From contig JBGAFW010000002.1 in assembly GCA_044227045.1 (NCBI GenBank), positions 131,457-195,456 of the forward strand: DNA of 64,000 bases, in the 5' to 3' direction. The DNA is from Labilithrix sp. (GTDB taxonomy: Bacteria > Myxococcota_A > Polyangia > Polyangiales > Polyangiaceae). The translations under genes were made by a program, and so were the position numbers. Positions 1-8,800 of the stretch are shown one piece after another. Position 1 is the stretch's first letter. Each line of letters opens with the position of its first letter. A model generated the notes under the pieces. The model was not told the DNA's origin, made no database searches, and saw only the letters and a program-made list of their open reading frames with translations.

Positions 1-272
1 TGTGTTGAAACGACCAAGGACTCATGCCGCCGCGCCTAGCATTTCGGATGCCAACGCCACCACCCCCGCCACCCCTCCGCCCACCAGGTCTAGGTGCAGG
101 GCTAGCCACACAATTTCTCCATGGGGTCGAGGGGCGCTTTTTGTGACCATATGGCCGGGCCATGGCACGGGGGTGGCCCGGGCCAGATCGGGCCACCTTG
201 GCGCGGGAATTTTTGTGGCGCTCGACCGTTCGCTTGGGACACGTCACGATCGCGTTTGCGCGAACGCGTGCG

Positions 273-1415
273 TTAGTTCACGCCGACGCGGGGGCAGCCG
301 AAGACGAGGTCGACGTGGCCGATGTCGTCGACTTTGACGGCGTCGCAGGTGGCGGCGCAGAGGATGACTTTTTTCGGGGCGGCTTCGTTGTCGAAGTACC
401 AGCCGTTGTTGGGGGCTTTGGCGCAGCCGGCTTCGTTGCCGACGAAGACGAGCTGGGAGGTCTGGCCGCTTGCTTGGGTGTACGTGACGTTCGTTTGCTT
501 GGCGTCGATCTGGCCTGTCGGGATGTCGTAGTCGCAGGGGATCGCTTTGCGTCGGATGCCGTCGAGCGCGGCGAGGAGGGACGCTTGCGCGTTGCCGCCC
601 GTGTCGATCAGCGTCGCGGTGCCGGTGCCGCCGGCGGCGGCGATGGCGTCGAGGGCTTTGAGCTCGCCGCCGACGCCGATGACGAACGTCGTGATCGAAG
701 GTGTGCCCTTGAACGCTAGGTCGGCGACGGCGACCGCGTTGTCGAGCGTGTTCGGCAGCGCGCCCGTCGCGGAGTCGCCGGCGAGGCAGGTGTCGTCGGG
801 GAAGCCGTCGGTGGCGAGGACGAGGACGGGCTTTCGGCCTGGGGTGAGGTTGGCGACGAGGTATTTCGAGAGGCCTTGGAGCAGCGGGACCATCGGCGTT
901 CCACCGGACATCTGCTGCAGATCGAGCGCGGCGCCGATCGGGCCGGAGGCTTGGGGCTGCAAGGTGAGCGGGACGGCGGGCGCTTGGTAGTCCGGGACGC
1001 TGCACTGCTTGCGGATCGGGAAGAATTGAAGACCGACCTTCAGCTCGGCGTAGGCGGGATTCGACACGAACGTCTTCAGCGCGTCGCGGACGTTCGGCCA
1101 CTTGCTGTCGAAGTCCATCGAGAAGCTCGTGTCGAGGCCGATGACCATGTCGACCGGTTGCTTCTCGGCTTTCTTCGTCGTCGTGGCGCAGCCTTCGCCG
1201 TCGAGGTTGTTGCCACCACCGTCATCGCCGATGAAGCCGCTCGTGCTTCCGCTCGATGACGAGGTGTTGTCGGTGGCTTCCGAGTCGGAGCCGCAGGCCG
1301 CGAGGCCGAGCGCTCCCGAGGTGGCGATCGCCACGCCGGCGATCGTGAGGAGGCTTGCGATGGTCTTCGCGTGGCCCGTTGCCTGAGCCGTTGCGTAGAG
1401 GTTGCTCTGTTTCAT
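273..1415 (-). CDS. Secreted lipoprotein with von Willebrand factor A (vWA) domain
   Basis: N-terminal signal peptide with lipobox LAACGS. MIDAS-like motif VDMVIGLDTSFSM (DxSxS) in the C-terminal half. Lies directly downstream of the Cys-rich repeat gene on the same strand. Confidence 0.75.
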   Translation of the reverse strand: MKQSNLYATAQATGHAKTIASLLTIAGVAIATSGALGLAACGSDSEATDNTSSSSGSTSGFIGDDGGGNNLDGEGCATTTKKAEKQPVDMVIGLDTSFSMDFDSKWPNVRDALKTFVSNPAYAELKVGLQFFPIRKQCSVPDYQAPAVPLTLQPQASGPIGAALDLQQMSGGTPMVPLLQGLSKYLVANLTPGRKPVLVLATDGFPDDTCLAGDSATGALPNTLDNAVAVADLAFKGTPSITTFVIGVGGELKALDAIAAAGGTGTATLIDTGGNAQASLLAALDGIRRKAIPCDYDIPTGQIDAKQTNVTYTQASGQTSQLVFVGNEAGCAKAPNNGWYFDNEAAPKKVILCAATCDAVKVDDIGHVDLVFGCPRVGVN

Positions 1416-1418
1416 GGC

Positions 1419-3788
1419 TCAACCTCCACACGAGAGAAGACCGCCGCAGCGATCGGGTGGCGTGCCTGTTCGACCCTTGCACGTGTCCTTCACGCACTGG
1501 CAGGTGCCTGCCGTGCACGTGAAGTTCTCGTTGCCTGCGCCGCTCGGGCAGCCGCAGTTGATCGTGCCGCCGCAGCCGTTCGTGAGGGCGCCGCACGCGC
1601 TGCCGATGCCTTGGGCAGGGCAGACCGCGGGCGTGCAGCAGACGTTCGGGTTTGCGGAGGTGTTGCACGTCTGGCCCCCAGGGCAGTTGCACGTGATGGT
1701 GCCGCCGCAGCCGTCGTTGAACGGACCGCACTTGTCGCCCGTCGGGCTCGACGGTCCGTTCGGGACGTTGCCGCAGTTGTAAGGAGCGCCCGTGCCGTTG
1801 TTGCACTGGCAGTCGCCGATCGCGCCAGGCGTCGCGGCGTCGCACGTCTTGCCCGTCGCGCAGCCGCAGTCGATCTTGCCGCCGATGCCGTTGTCGAGCT
1901 GCGTGCCACACTTGCCGGCGTACGGAGCGGTTCCGCACGTGAGGGCCGACTTGCAGACGCCAGCGCCGTCGACGCCCGGGACGCACGTGTGGTTGGCGCA
2001 CCAGCACGTGCGGCCGCCCTTGCAAGCGCAGTCGATCGACGAGCCACAACCTGGCGTGACTGGGTTGTGCGTCGTGTTGCACTCGCCACCCTCGCCGCCG
2101 TTCAGCGTGCACGCGGCCGCGGGCGTGCAGCAGTTGTTGTTGAAGCACGTCGTGCCGACCGTGCTGCAGTTGCCGTTGCAGCTCACGGTCGTGCCCGCGG
2201 GCCTGCACGAGTTCTGAACGGGGGCGCACTGTCCGGCCGTTTGCGTGCACGTGTCGGTACGCGTGCAGCACGAGCCGACGGTGCCTGGAGGCGGCGCGGG
2301 TCCCGGTTGACCGTTCGCGTTGTTCACGCACTCCTTGCCGCCGCCGCAGCTGGCGTTGATGTTGTTGAGGCCGCAGCCGTTCGGCAGGTTCGTGCCGCAC
2401 TGGCCTTGGCTCGTGTAGGACGTGGCTGTCTTTGGCGTGCAGCACATGCCCGTCCCGGTCGTCACCGGCGGGGCAGGGGAGACGCCGCCGTCGGCCGTGC
2501 ACGTCGCGGGGTTCGTGCACGTGCAGTCGATGACGTTTTGTCCGCAGCCATTCGGCAAGTCGAGGCCGCACTTGCCGGCGTACGTCGTGTTGCACGCGAA
2601 GCCCGCGCAGCACGTGTGCGTGGTGTTGTCGCACGGGCCATTCGGGCACGTCCCGCACGTCAGCGTGCCTCCGCACGAGTCGTCGAACGTTCCGCACTGG
2701 AACGCCGCGAAGTCCGCGCACGTCTTCGGCGTGCAAGGCGGACCGCAGACGCCGTTGGCGTTGCAGACCTGACCCGTCGCGCAGTCGCCGCAGTTGATCG
2801 TCGCGCCGGTGCACGCGCTCTTGATCGTGCCGCAGTTCTTGCCTTGCGCCTTGCACTCGTCGGGCGTCGACTTCGGGTCACAACGATTGGCGATGCCGTG
2901 CACGCCGCAGCTCTCCCCGTTCTTGCAGCCGAAGCCAGCGACGGTGTCGCAGTTCACGGTGCCGCCGCAGCCGTTCGAGATGACGCCGCATTCGACGCCC
3001 TTCGTCGAGGCCTTCGCCGCGTCGCAGAGCTCCTTGGCGGTCTTCACCGCCGTGCACGAGGGAGTACCGACGGTCGGCTCGCAGGTGTGGAACACGTTGT
3101 TGCACGTCTTGCCGGCGCCGCAGCTGCCGCAATCTGTGTAGTTTGCAGGTATGTCTTCGCCACAGCCAAGCCAGGCGTGACCGCACTCGATGCCGAGGTC
3201 CTTGCACGTGACCGCTTGGCAGTCGCGACACTTGTGCGTGTCGGGATCGCATTCCTTGCCTGCGCCGCAGCCCTTCGGGTTGCCGTCGGGGCAGTCGAGG
3301 TAGTCACCGCAGCTGTTCTTGATCGTCCCGCACTCGGCGCCGAGATCGGCGCACGTTCGCTTCGGCGCGGAGCACGAGTTCGTCGCGAGATCGCAGACGC
3401 GTGGACCGGCATCGCCGCCGTCGGCGGTCGTTCCGTTCGTGCAGCCGCCGCATTGCTTGATGACGCCCGTGCAGGGATCCTTCACCGGACCGCATTTGCC
3501 GGTGCAATCGATCGCCTCGGCGTCGGGTGTCGCGTCGAGGCAGGCGACGTCCGCGCCGGCGTCGCTGATCGACTCTCCGTCAGGGAGCGGCGTGATGTTG
3601 CTGTCCGTGGTGTTCCCACCCTCCTCACCGCCGTCGTTGGTCTGCGCGGCAGGAGTGTCTTCGTCGCTGCCACATGCCGCGAGACCTCCGCCAATCGCGG
3701 CCGCGAGCAACAGGACTCCAGAGAGCACAACCCACCGAGATCTCGTCAGGGCACGAGAGTTGGAAACCTGGGTCCGGTTCATCGACAT
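1419..3788 (-). CDS. Cysteine-rich repeat lipoprotein (myxococcal Cys-rich repeat family-like)
   Basis: 789 aa; signal peptide plus lipobox LAACGS. Dozens of degenerate CG..C.DG.C / C..G..C repeats throughout, resembling the myxococcal cysteine-rich repeat. The 811-aa Ala/Arg-rich ORF on the opposite strand is a GC-frame shadow. Confidence 0.8.
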   Translation of the reverse strand: MSMNRTQVSNSRALTRSRWVVLSGVLLLAAAIGGGLAACGSDEDTPAAQTNDGGEEGGNTTDSNITPLPDGESISDAGADVACLDATPDAEAIDCTGKCGPVKDPCTGVIKQCGGCTNGTTADGGDAGPRVCDLATNSCSAPKRTCADLGAECGTIKNSCGDYLDCPDGNPKGCGAGKECDPDTHKCRDCQAVTCKDLGIECGHAWLGCGEDIPANYTDCGSCGAGKTCNNVFHTCEPTVGTPSCTAVKTAKELCDAAKASTKGVECGVISNGCGGTVNCDTVAGFGCKNGESCGVHGIANRCDPKSTPDECKAQGKNCGTIKSACTGATINCGDCATGQVCNANGVCGPPCTPKTCADFAAFQCGTFDDSCGGTLTCGTCPNGPCDNTTHTCCAGFACNTTYAGKCGLDLPNGCGQNVIDCTCTNPATCTADGGVSPAPPVTTGTGMCCTPKTATSYTSQGQCGTNLPNGCGLNNINASCGGGKECVNNANGQPGPAPPPGTVGSCCTRTDTCTQTAGQCAPVQNSCRPAGTTVSCNGNCSTVGTTCFNNNCCTPAAACTLNGGEGGECNTTHNPVTPGCGSSIDCACKGGRTCWCANHTCVPGVDGAGVCKSALTCGTAPYAGKCGTQLDNGIGGKIDCGCATGKTCDAATPGAIGDCQCNNGTGAPYNCGNVPNGPSSPTGDKCGPFNDGCGGTITCNCPGGQTCNTSANPNVCCTPAVCPAQGIGSACGALTNGCGGTINCGCPSGAGNENFTCTAGTCQCVKDTCKGRTGTPPDRCGGLLSCGG

Positions 3789-3898
3789 CGGAAACCTCCA
3801 GCCTGATCGAAACTAACTGTTCGCGTTCCCCGAACAGAAGAGATTTGGCTGGTCATGGCCCATTTCAGTAGGAGCCGAGTGCACAGGGATCACCGAAG

Positions 3899-4537
3899 GT
3901 GCGCGAGACGCCGACGCGGAGCGCGAGCGCGCCGATTGCGTTAGCGGGCGCGAAACGTTGCGGTCGCGGGTGCCGTTCCCCTCGCGGTTCGTGCATGATG
4001 CACACGCATATGGATCTCTCGGGGCGTGGTGGAGGACATCAAGCGTACCGGGGCGCGATCGTTCGCTGCCCAGGGTGTGGTGAGGTGATGCGTGCCGAGC
4101 CCGTGCCCTCCGCGGAGGTCGACGTTTGCGATCAATGCGGCGGGCTGTGGATCGATTGGTTCGACGGCAACATCGAGACGCTCGCGACCGAGGCCGAGGC
4201 CGCGCGCGTGCACCGTGGGACGCCGCCACCCGGCGTCATCCCCGCCCACGCATCGCCGATGCGCGATCCGCGCATGCCTTCGAAGGGGAGCAACGCGTGC
4301 CCGCGCTGCATGCAGATGCTCATCCCCGAGCTTTACAAGTTCCAGGACGCGTCCGAGGCGGAGCTCTTGAACAGCGTCGAGCTGCTTCGATGCACCGACT
4401 GCGCGGGGTCCTTCGTTCCTCGACCAAGCGCGCACCTGCTCCTCGCGCGGGTCACCGAGCCGCGAACGGTGACGCTCTGGGAGGCGCTCGTCGCGATGCT
4501 GAAGAACCTCGTGCGCGGACCGAACCTCAAGGCGTAG
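3899..4537 (+). CDS. Tandem zinc-ribbon domain protein (zf-TFIIB-like); real start probably near 3995 (MMHTHM)
   Basis: Two CxxC...CxxC modules (CPGCGEVM...CDQCGGLWIDWFDG and CPRCMQ...CTDCAGSF), typical of the zinc-ribbon domain with the motif LWID. Confidence 0.5.
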   Translation: MRETPTRSASAPIALAGAKRCGRGCRSPRGSCMMHTHMDLSGRGGGHQAYRGAIVRCPGCGEVMRAEPVPSAEVDVCDQCGGLWIDWFDGNIETLATEAEAARVHRGTPPPGVIPAHASPMRDPRMPSKGSNACPRCMQMLIPELYKFQDASEAELLNSVELLRCTDCAGSFVPRPSAHLLLARVTEPRTVTLWEALVAMLKNLVRGPNLKA

Positions 4538-4550
4538 CGAGTCGTAGCGG

Positions 4551-5576
4551 CTATTTTGGCCGCGTCGCGCGGTAGATCTGGAACTTCACGTCGCGGTTCG
4601 AGAAGAGGTAGAGCACGCATCCGTCCGGTGAGATCCACGAGGGCTCGGTGCGGTTCGTCCCGGCGCTGACGTTCGGCACGGGCACGCCTTCCTTGAAGTC
4701 GGCGGTGGTCGACGGGCGCGTCGCGACGAACGTCGTCGTCTCCGCGGGTGTCGGTCCGGCGGCGAAGTAGAGCGTGAGCCGGTCGGCGCTGATGACGGGC
4801 GAGGCGCGATGCGCGGCGGTCGTCACGGTCGTGATCTCGGACGCGGTCGCGAAGTTGCCGGTCGGGTCGGGAAGCTTGGCGACGAACAGGCGCGCGGCGT
4901 TCGACACGCGGCGCGTGAAGAAGAGCTCTTCACCGTCCGGCGAGACGGACGGATCGGTGTTCGAGCTCGTGGTTCCGTCCTGGTTGACGGCGTTGCCGAG
5001 CACGAAGGGCGTCGCGAAGCCGCTCGACGGATCTTGCGGCGCGAGCAAGATGTCGTAGTCCGTTCCGGCGGAGGCGCGGTTGCGGTGAAAGTAGAGGCGC
5101 TTCCCATCCGCCGTCAGCGAGGGCTTGCCTTCTTCTTGCGCGGTCTTGAGGCTCGTCATCACGGTCGCGTCGGGGAATGCGGCGTCGATGTCGAGGCGCG
5201 TCGCGGTGTAGAGATCACGCGGACCGTCGTCGAGCGAACGTCCGAAGAACACCGTCAGCTCGTTCTGGGTGAGCCGGGCGGCGATGTTCTGGGCGCCGGT
5301 GCTGAGCTCGGGGACGACGATGGCAGGGCCGAAGTCCTTCGCCGGATCGCATCGCGCGGTCGTCGCGTCGCCGCCGGACGACGAGGCGCCTGTGTCGGTC
5401 GCCGAGGCGTCGCCGCTCGTCACGTCTGCCGCGGCGGTCGCGTCGGCGTCGGGGGAGCTCGCCGACGACGTCGGGCCGGCGTCCTCCCCGACGCAGGCGC
5501 TGCTGACCGCGGCGAGAAGGCCAAGCGCGGTGGCGCTAGTGAGCGCGGCGAGACGGAGCGACCTGCCTTGAAACAC
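4551..5576 (-). CDS. TolB-like / PD40 beta-propeller repeat lipoprotein
   Basis: Signal peptide with lipobox (AVSSACVGE). Repeated PD40-like blades (LYFHRNRASAGTDYDILLA, ELFFTRRVSNAARLFVA, LYLFSNRDVKFQIYRA). Confidence 0.7.
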   Translation of the reverse strand: MFQGRSLRLAALTSATALGLLAAVSSACVGEDAGPTSSASSPDADATAAADVTSGDASATDTGASSSGGDATTARCDPAKDFGPAIVVPELSTGAQNIAARLTQNELTVFFGRSLDDGPRDLYTATRLDIDAAFPDATVMTSLKTAQEEGKPSLTADGKRLYFHRNRASAGTDYDILLAPQDPSSGFATPFVLGNAVNQDGTTSSNTDPSVSPDGEELFFTRRVSNAARLFVAKLPDPTGNFATASEITTVTTAAHRASPVISADRLTLYFAAGPTPAETTTFVATRPSTTADFKEGVPVPNVSAGTNRTEPSWISPDGCVLYLFSNRDVKFQIYRATRPK

Positions 5577-5858
5577 CCGCCCATGATACGACGCTGTGCG
5601 CCGATGATGGATGAGACGCGGACGAGGCGGGCTGATTCTGGAATCGCGTTCTCCGGGCGCTGAAGAGCCCGAGAAATGACGGCATTTTCGAAGCCTGAAA
5701 CCGCGTCGTACGACGCCTTACGGATGGGCGTTTTTGAGCGGTCCGCACGGAATTTTCCGCTAAGCTCCCGCGGCTTTCAGACAGCCCAAACCCTCCGGCC
5801 TGTTCACGAAAAACAGACGTAGTCAGAGTCACGAGTCACGCGAGGAACCAGCAGCAAC

Positions 5859-8800
5859 ATGAATCCGACGATCGACATTGTGCGCGGTGAGCTCGAGCGC
5901 CTTTTCACGCTCGAAGAGATGACGAAGATGAGCGAGCGCCTCCTCGGCCTCGCGCCGGACGAGGTGGGTGGTGCAAGCGCGAAGGGGAGCTTCGCGCTCG
6001 CGTTGACCGAGCGTTGCTTCGACGGTGACCGCATCGACGCGCTCGTCGACGTGATCCTCCACTCGCGCAAAGAAGTCGACCCCCGCGTCCGCGACATCGT
6101 CGCGCTGCTCGGCAAAGAGGATCTGCCCGCAGGTCGCCAGCTCGGCGACTTCACGATCCAGAAGAAGATCGGCGAGAGCGACCTCGGCATCGTCTACCAG
6201 GCCGTGCGCAAGGACGGCGGCGCGTCGGCCACGTACTCGCTCAAGGTGCTTCGTCGCGAGGCCTCGCGCGATCGCCGCGCGGTGCATCGCTTCCTCACCG
6301 CGAATCGCCTGGTCGGCACCGTCGATCACCCCGGCCTCCCGCGGCACCTCGAGGCGGGCGAGATCGAGCCGGGCGTCTTCTACGTCGCCTACCAGTACAT
6401 CGACGCCCAGGCGCTCTCGGCACGCCTCGCGCGCACCGGGCCGGTCGCGTACGCAGAGCTCCGCCCGATCCTCCGCGGCATCCTCGAGCCCCTCGCGGCG
6501 GTCCACAAAGCGCATCTCGTCCACGGCGACCTGAAGACCGAGAACGTCCTCGTCTCCGTTCGCTCGGGCGACTCGAAGGACGTGAGCGTGTGCCTCATCG
6601 ACTTCGGCAGCGATCGCCTTCGCAACCGAAGCGTCGCCGCGAACGGTCACACCGGTCTCCTCGCGGTCTTCGGCTCGCCGAAGACGGTCGCGCCGGAGAT
6701 CGTGCGTGGTCGCTCGGCCGATCCGAAGAGTGATGTCTACGCGTTCGGCGCCGTGCTCTACGAGCTCCTCACCGGCAAGGCGGTGTTCCACGCCGAGAGC
6801 GCGACGGACGCGGCGTTTGCCCATCTCTCGCACGAGCCCGAGCCGCCGAGCCACCGCGCGCCGCGTGGGTGGGTCACGAAGGACGTCGACGCGTTCGTCC
6901 TCGCGCTCCTGCAGAAGGATCCCGCGCGCCGTCCGAAGGACGCGGGCGCCGTGCTCGACGCCCTCGACTCGATCGGGCGTGCGTCGGCCACGATGAAGGC
7001 GGCCGGCGGAATCGCGCCGGAGAAGGTCCAGCAGCTCATCGACAAGGTCCTTCAAGACCCGAGCGATCTCGAGGTCGCGCTGACGCTCGAGCACGCGGTC
7101 GATCAGGGCGCCGACGCGATCCGCGTCGGTGAGGCGTTCGCGGCGTCGGCGGCTCAGGTCCGCGGCGCGTCGGACGACGAGATCGAGACGAAGAAGACGC
7201 TGCTCTTCCGCGCGGCGCGCATCTTCGACGGCGCGGGCCGTGACAAGGCGAAGGCCGAGCAGATGTACGCTGCGATCGTCGAGCTCGATCCTCAAGACGA
7301 CATCGCGCTCGTCGCGCTCGAAGAGGCACGCAAGGCGCTCGGCAAGTACGAAGAGCTCGTCGAGATGCTCCTCGAGAAGAGCCAGTCGGCGCCCCCAGGC
7401 GAGGAGCGCGGCCGCGCGCTCGCCGAGATCGGTCGCCTCTACGCGACGGAGCTCGAGGACCCCGAGCAGGCCGCCCTCGCGTTCACGCAGGCGCTCTGCG
7501 AAGAGCCGTCGAACGACGAGTACGCCGCGGAGGTCGAGCGCCTCTGTGGATCGAACCACGCCACGTGGGGCGAGCACCTCGGCACGATCAACGAGACGCT
7601 GAAGAGCGGCGCGCTCGCGCCGGCGGACTACACCGCGCTGATGGCGCGCGCAGCCCGCTGGTACGAGACGAAGCTCGGTCGCGCCGACATGGCGCTCGCC
7701 GCCTACCAGCAGGTCCTCGCGGGAGACCCGGCGAACGAAGGCGCCGCCGAAGGCATGACGGGCATCTACCGCCGCGCGCAGCAGTGGCCCGAGCTCGTCT
7801 CGGTCCTCATGGCGCGCGCCGACGTCGCCGCGTCCGCCCCGAAGGCGCGCGACCTCCGCTCGGAGGCCGCCGAGATCCTCGAGACGCGCCTGAACGACAT
7901 GGCGCGTGCGCGCGACATCTTCATGACCGTCCTCTCGGACGATCCGGGTCACGCGAAGGCGTGCGACGCGATGGCACGCATCGCGGAGCGCACGGGTGAC
8001 TTCATGACGCTCGCGCAGGTGCTCGAGCGACGCGCCGAGGCACGCCGCGGCATGGAGAAGGCCGAGGCGCTCGCGAAGGTCGCCGAGGTCTACGAAGATC
8101 ACTTGAACGATCTCAACGAGGCGACGCGTCGCTTCGAGGCCGTCCTCGCGATCGATCCGTCGAACCTCAACGCGCTGAAGGGCCTCGACCGCATCTTCAA
8201 CCGCACCGGCAAATACCGTGAGCTCCTCGAAGTGCTCGAGCGGCAGATCGAGGTCGCCGCGACGCCTCGCCAGAAGATCAACCTCTACGAGCGCGTGGCC
8301 GGCCTTCACGACGAAGAGTTCCTCAACCACGAGGCCGCCGCCGAGGCGCTCGAGCAGATCCTCACGATCGACGGCTCGCACGACGGCGCGCTCTCGGCGC
8401 TCGCTCGTCACTACCGCGCCCTCGAGAAGTGGGAGCCGGTCGCCGCGCTCTACGAGAAGCACGCGTCGGTCACCTCCGACCCGAGCCGCCGCATCGACCT
8501 CCTCCTCGCGCGCGCACGCACGCTGGCCGAGCAGATCGGCTCGCCGGATCGCGCGACGAAGACCTACGAGCAGGTGCTCGCGATCAACCCGTCGCACGCC
8601 GGCGCGCTCGAAGCCCTCGCGCAGCTCCGCGAGATGAGCGGCGACTCGCACGCCGCGCTCAGCGCGATCGAAGCGCTCGCGATGAAGGCGGCCACGCCCG
8701 AGGCGAAATGCGAGCAGTGGATGCGCGCCGCTCGTCTCCTCGAGTCGCGTGGTGACAAGGACGGCGCGATCGAGCGCTACAAGCTGGCGCTCGACGCGAA

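Noticed and set aside
1371-3806. 811-aa Ala/Arg-rich ORF on the + strand
   Set aside because: Antisense shadow of the Cys-rich repeat gene in high-GC DNA. Composition (A/R/V/G only) is typical of non-coding frames. The minus-strand gene has a lipobox and structured repeats.
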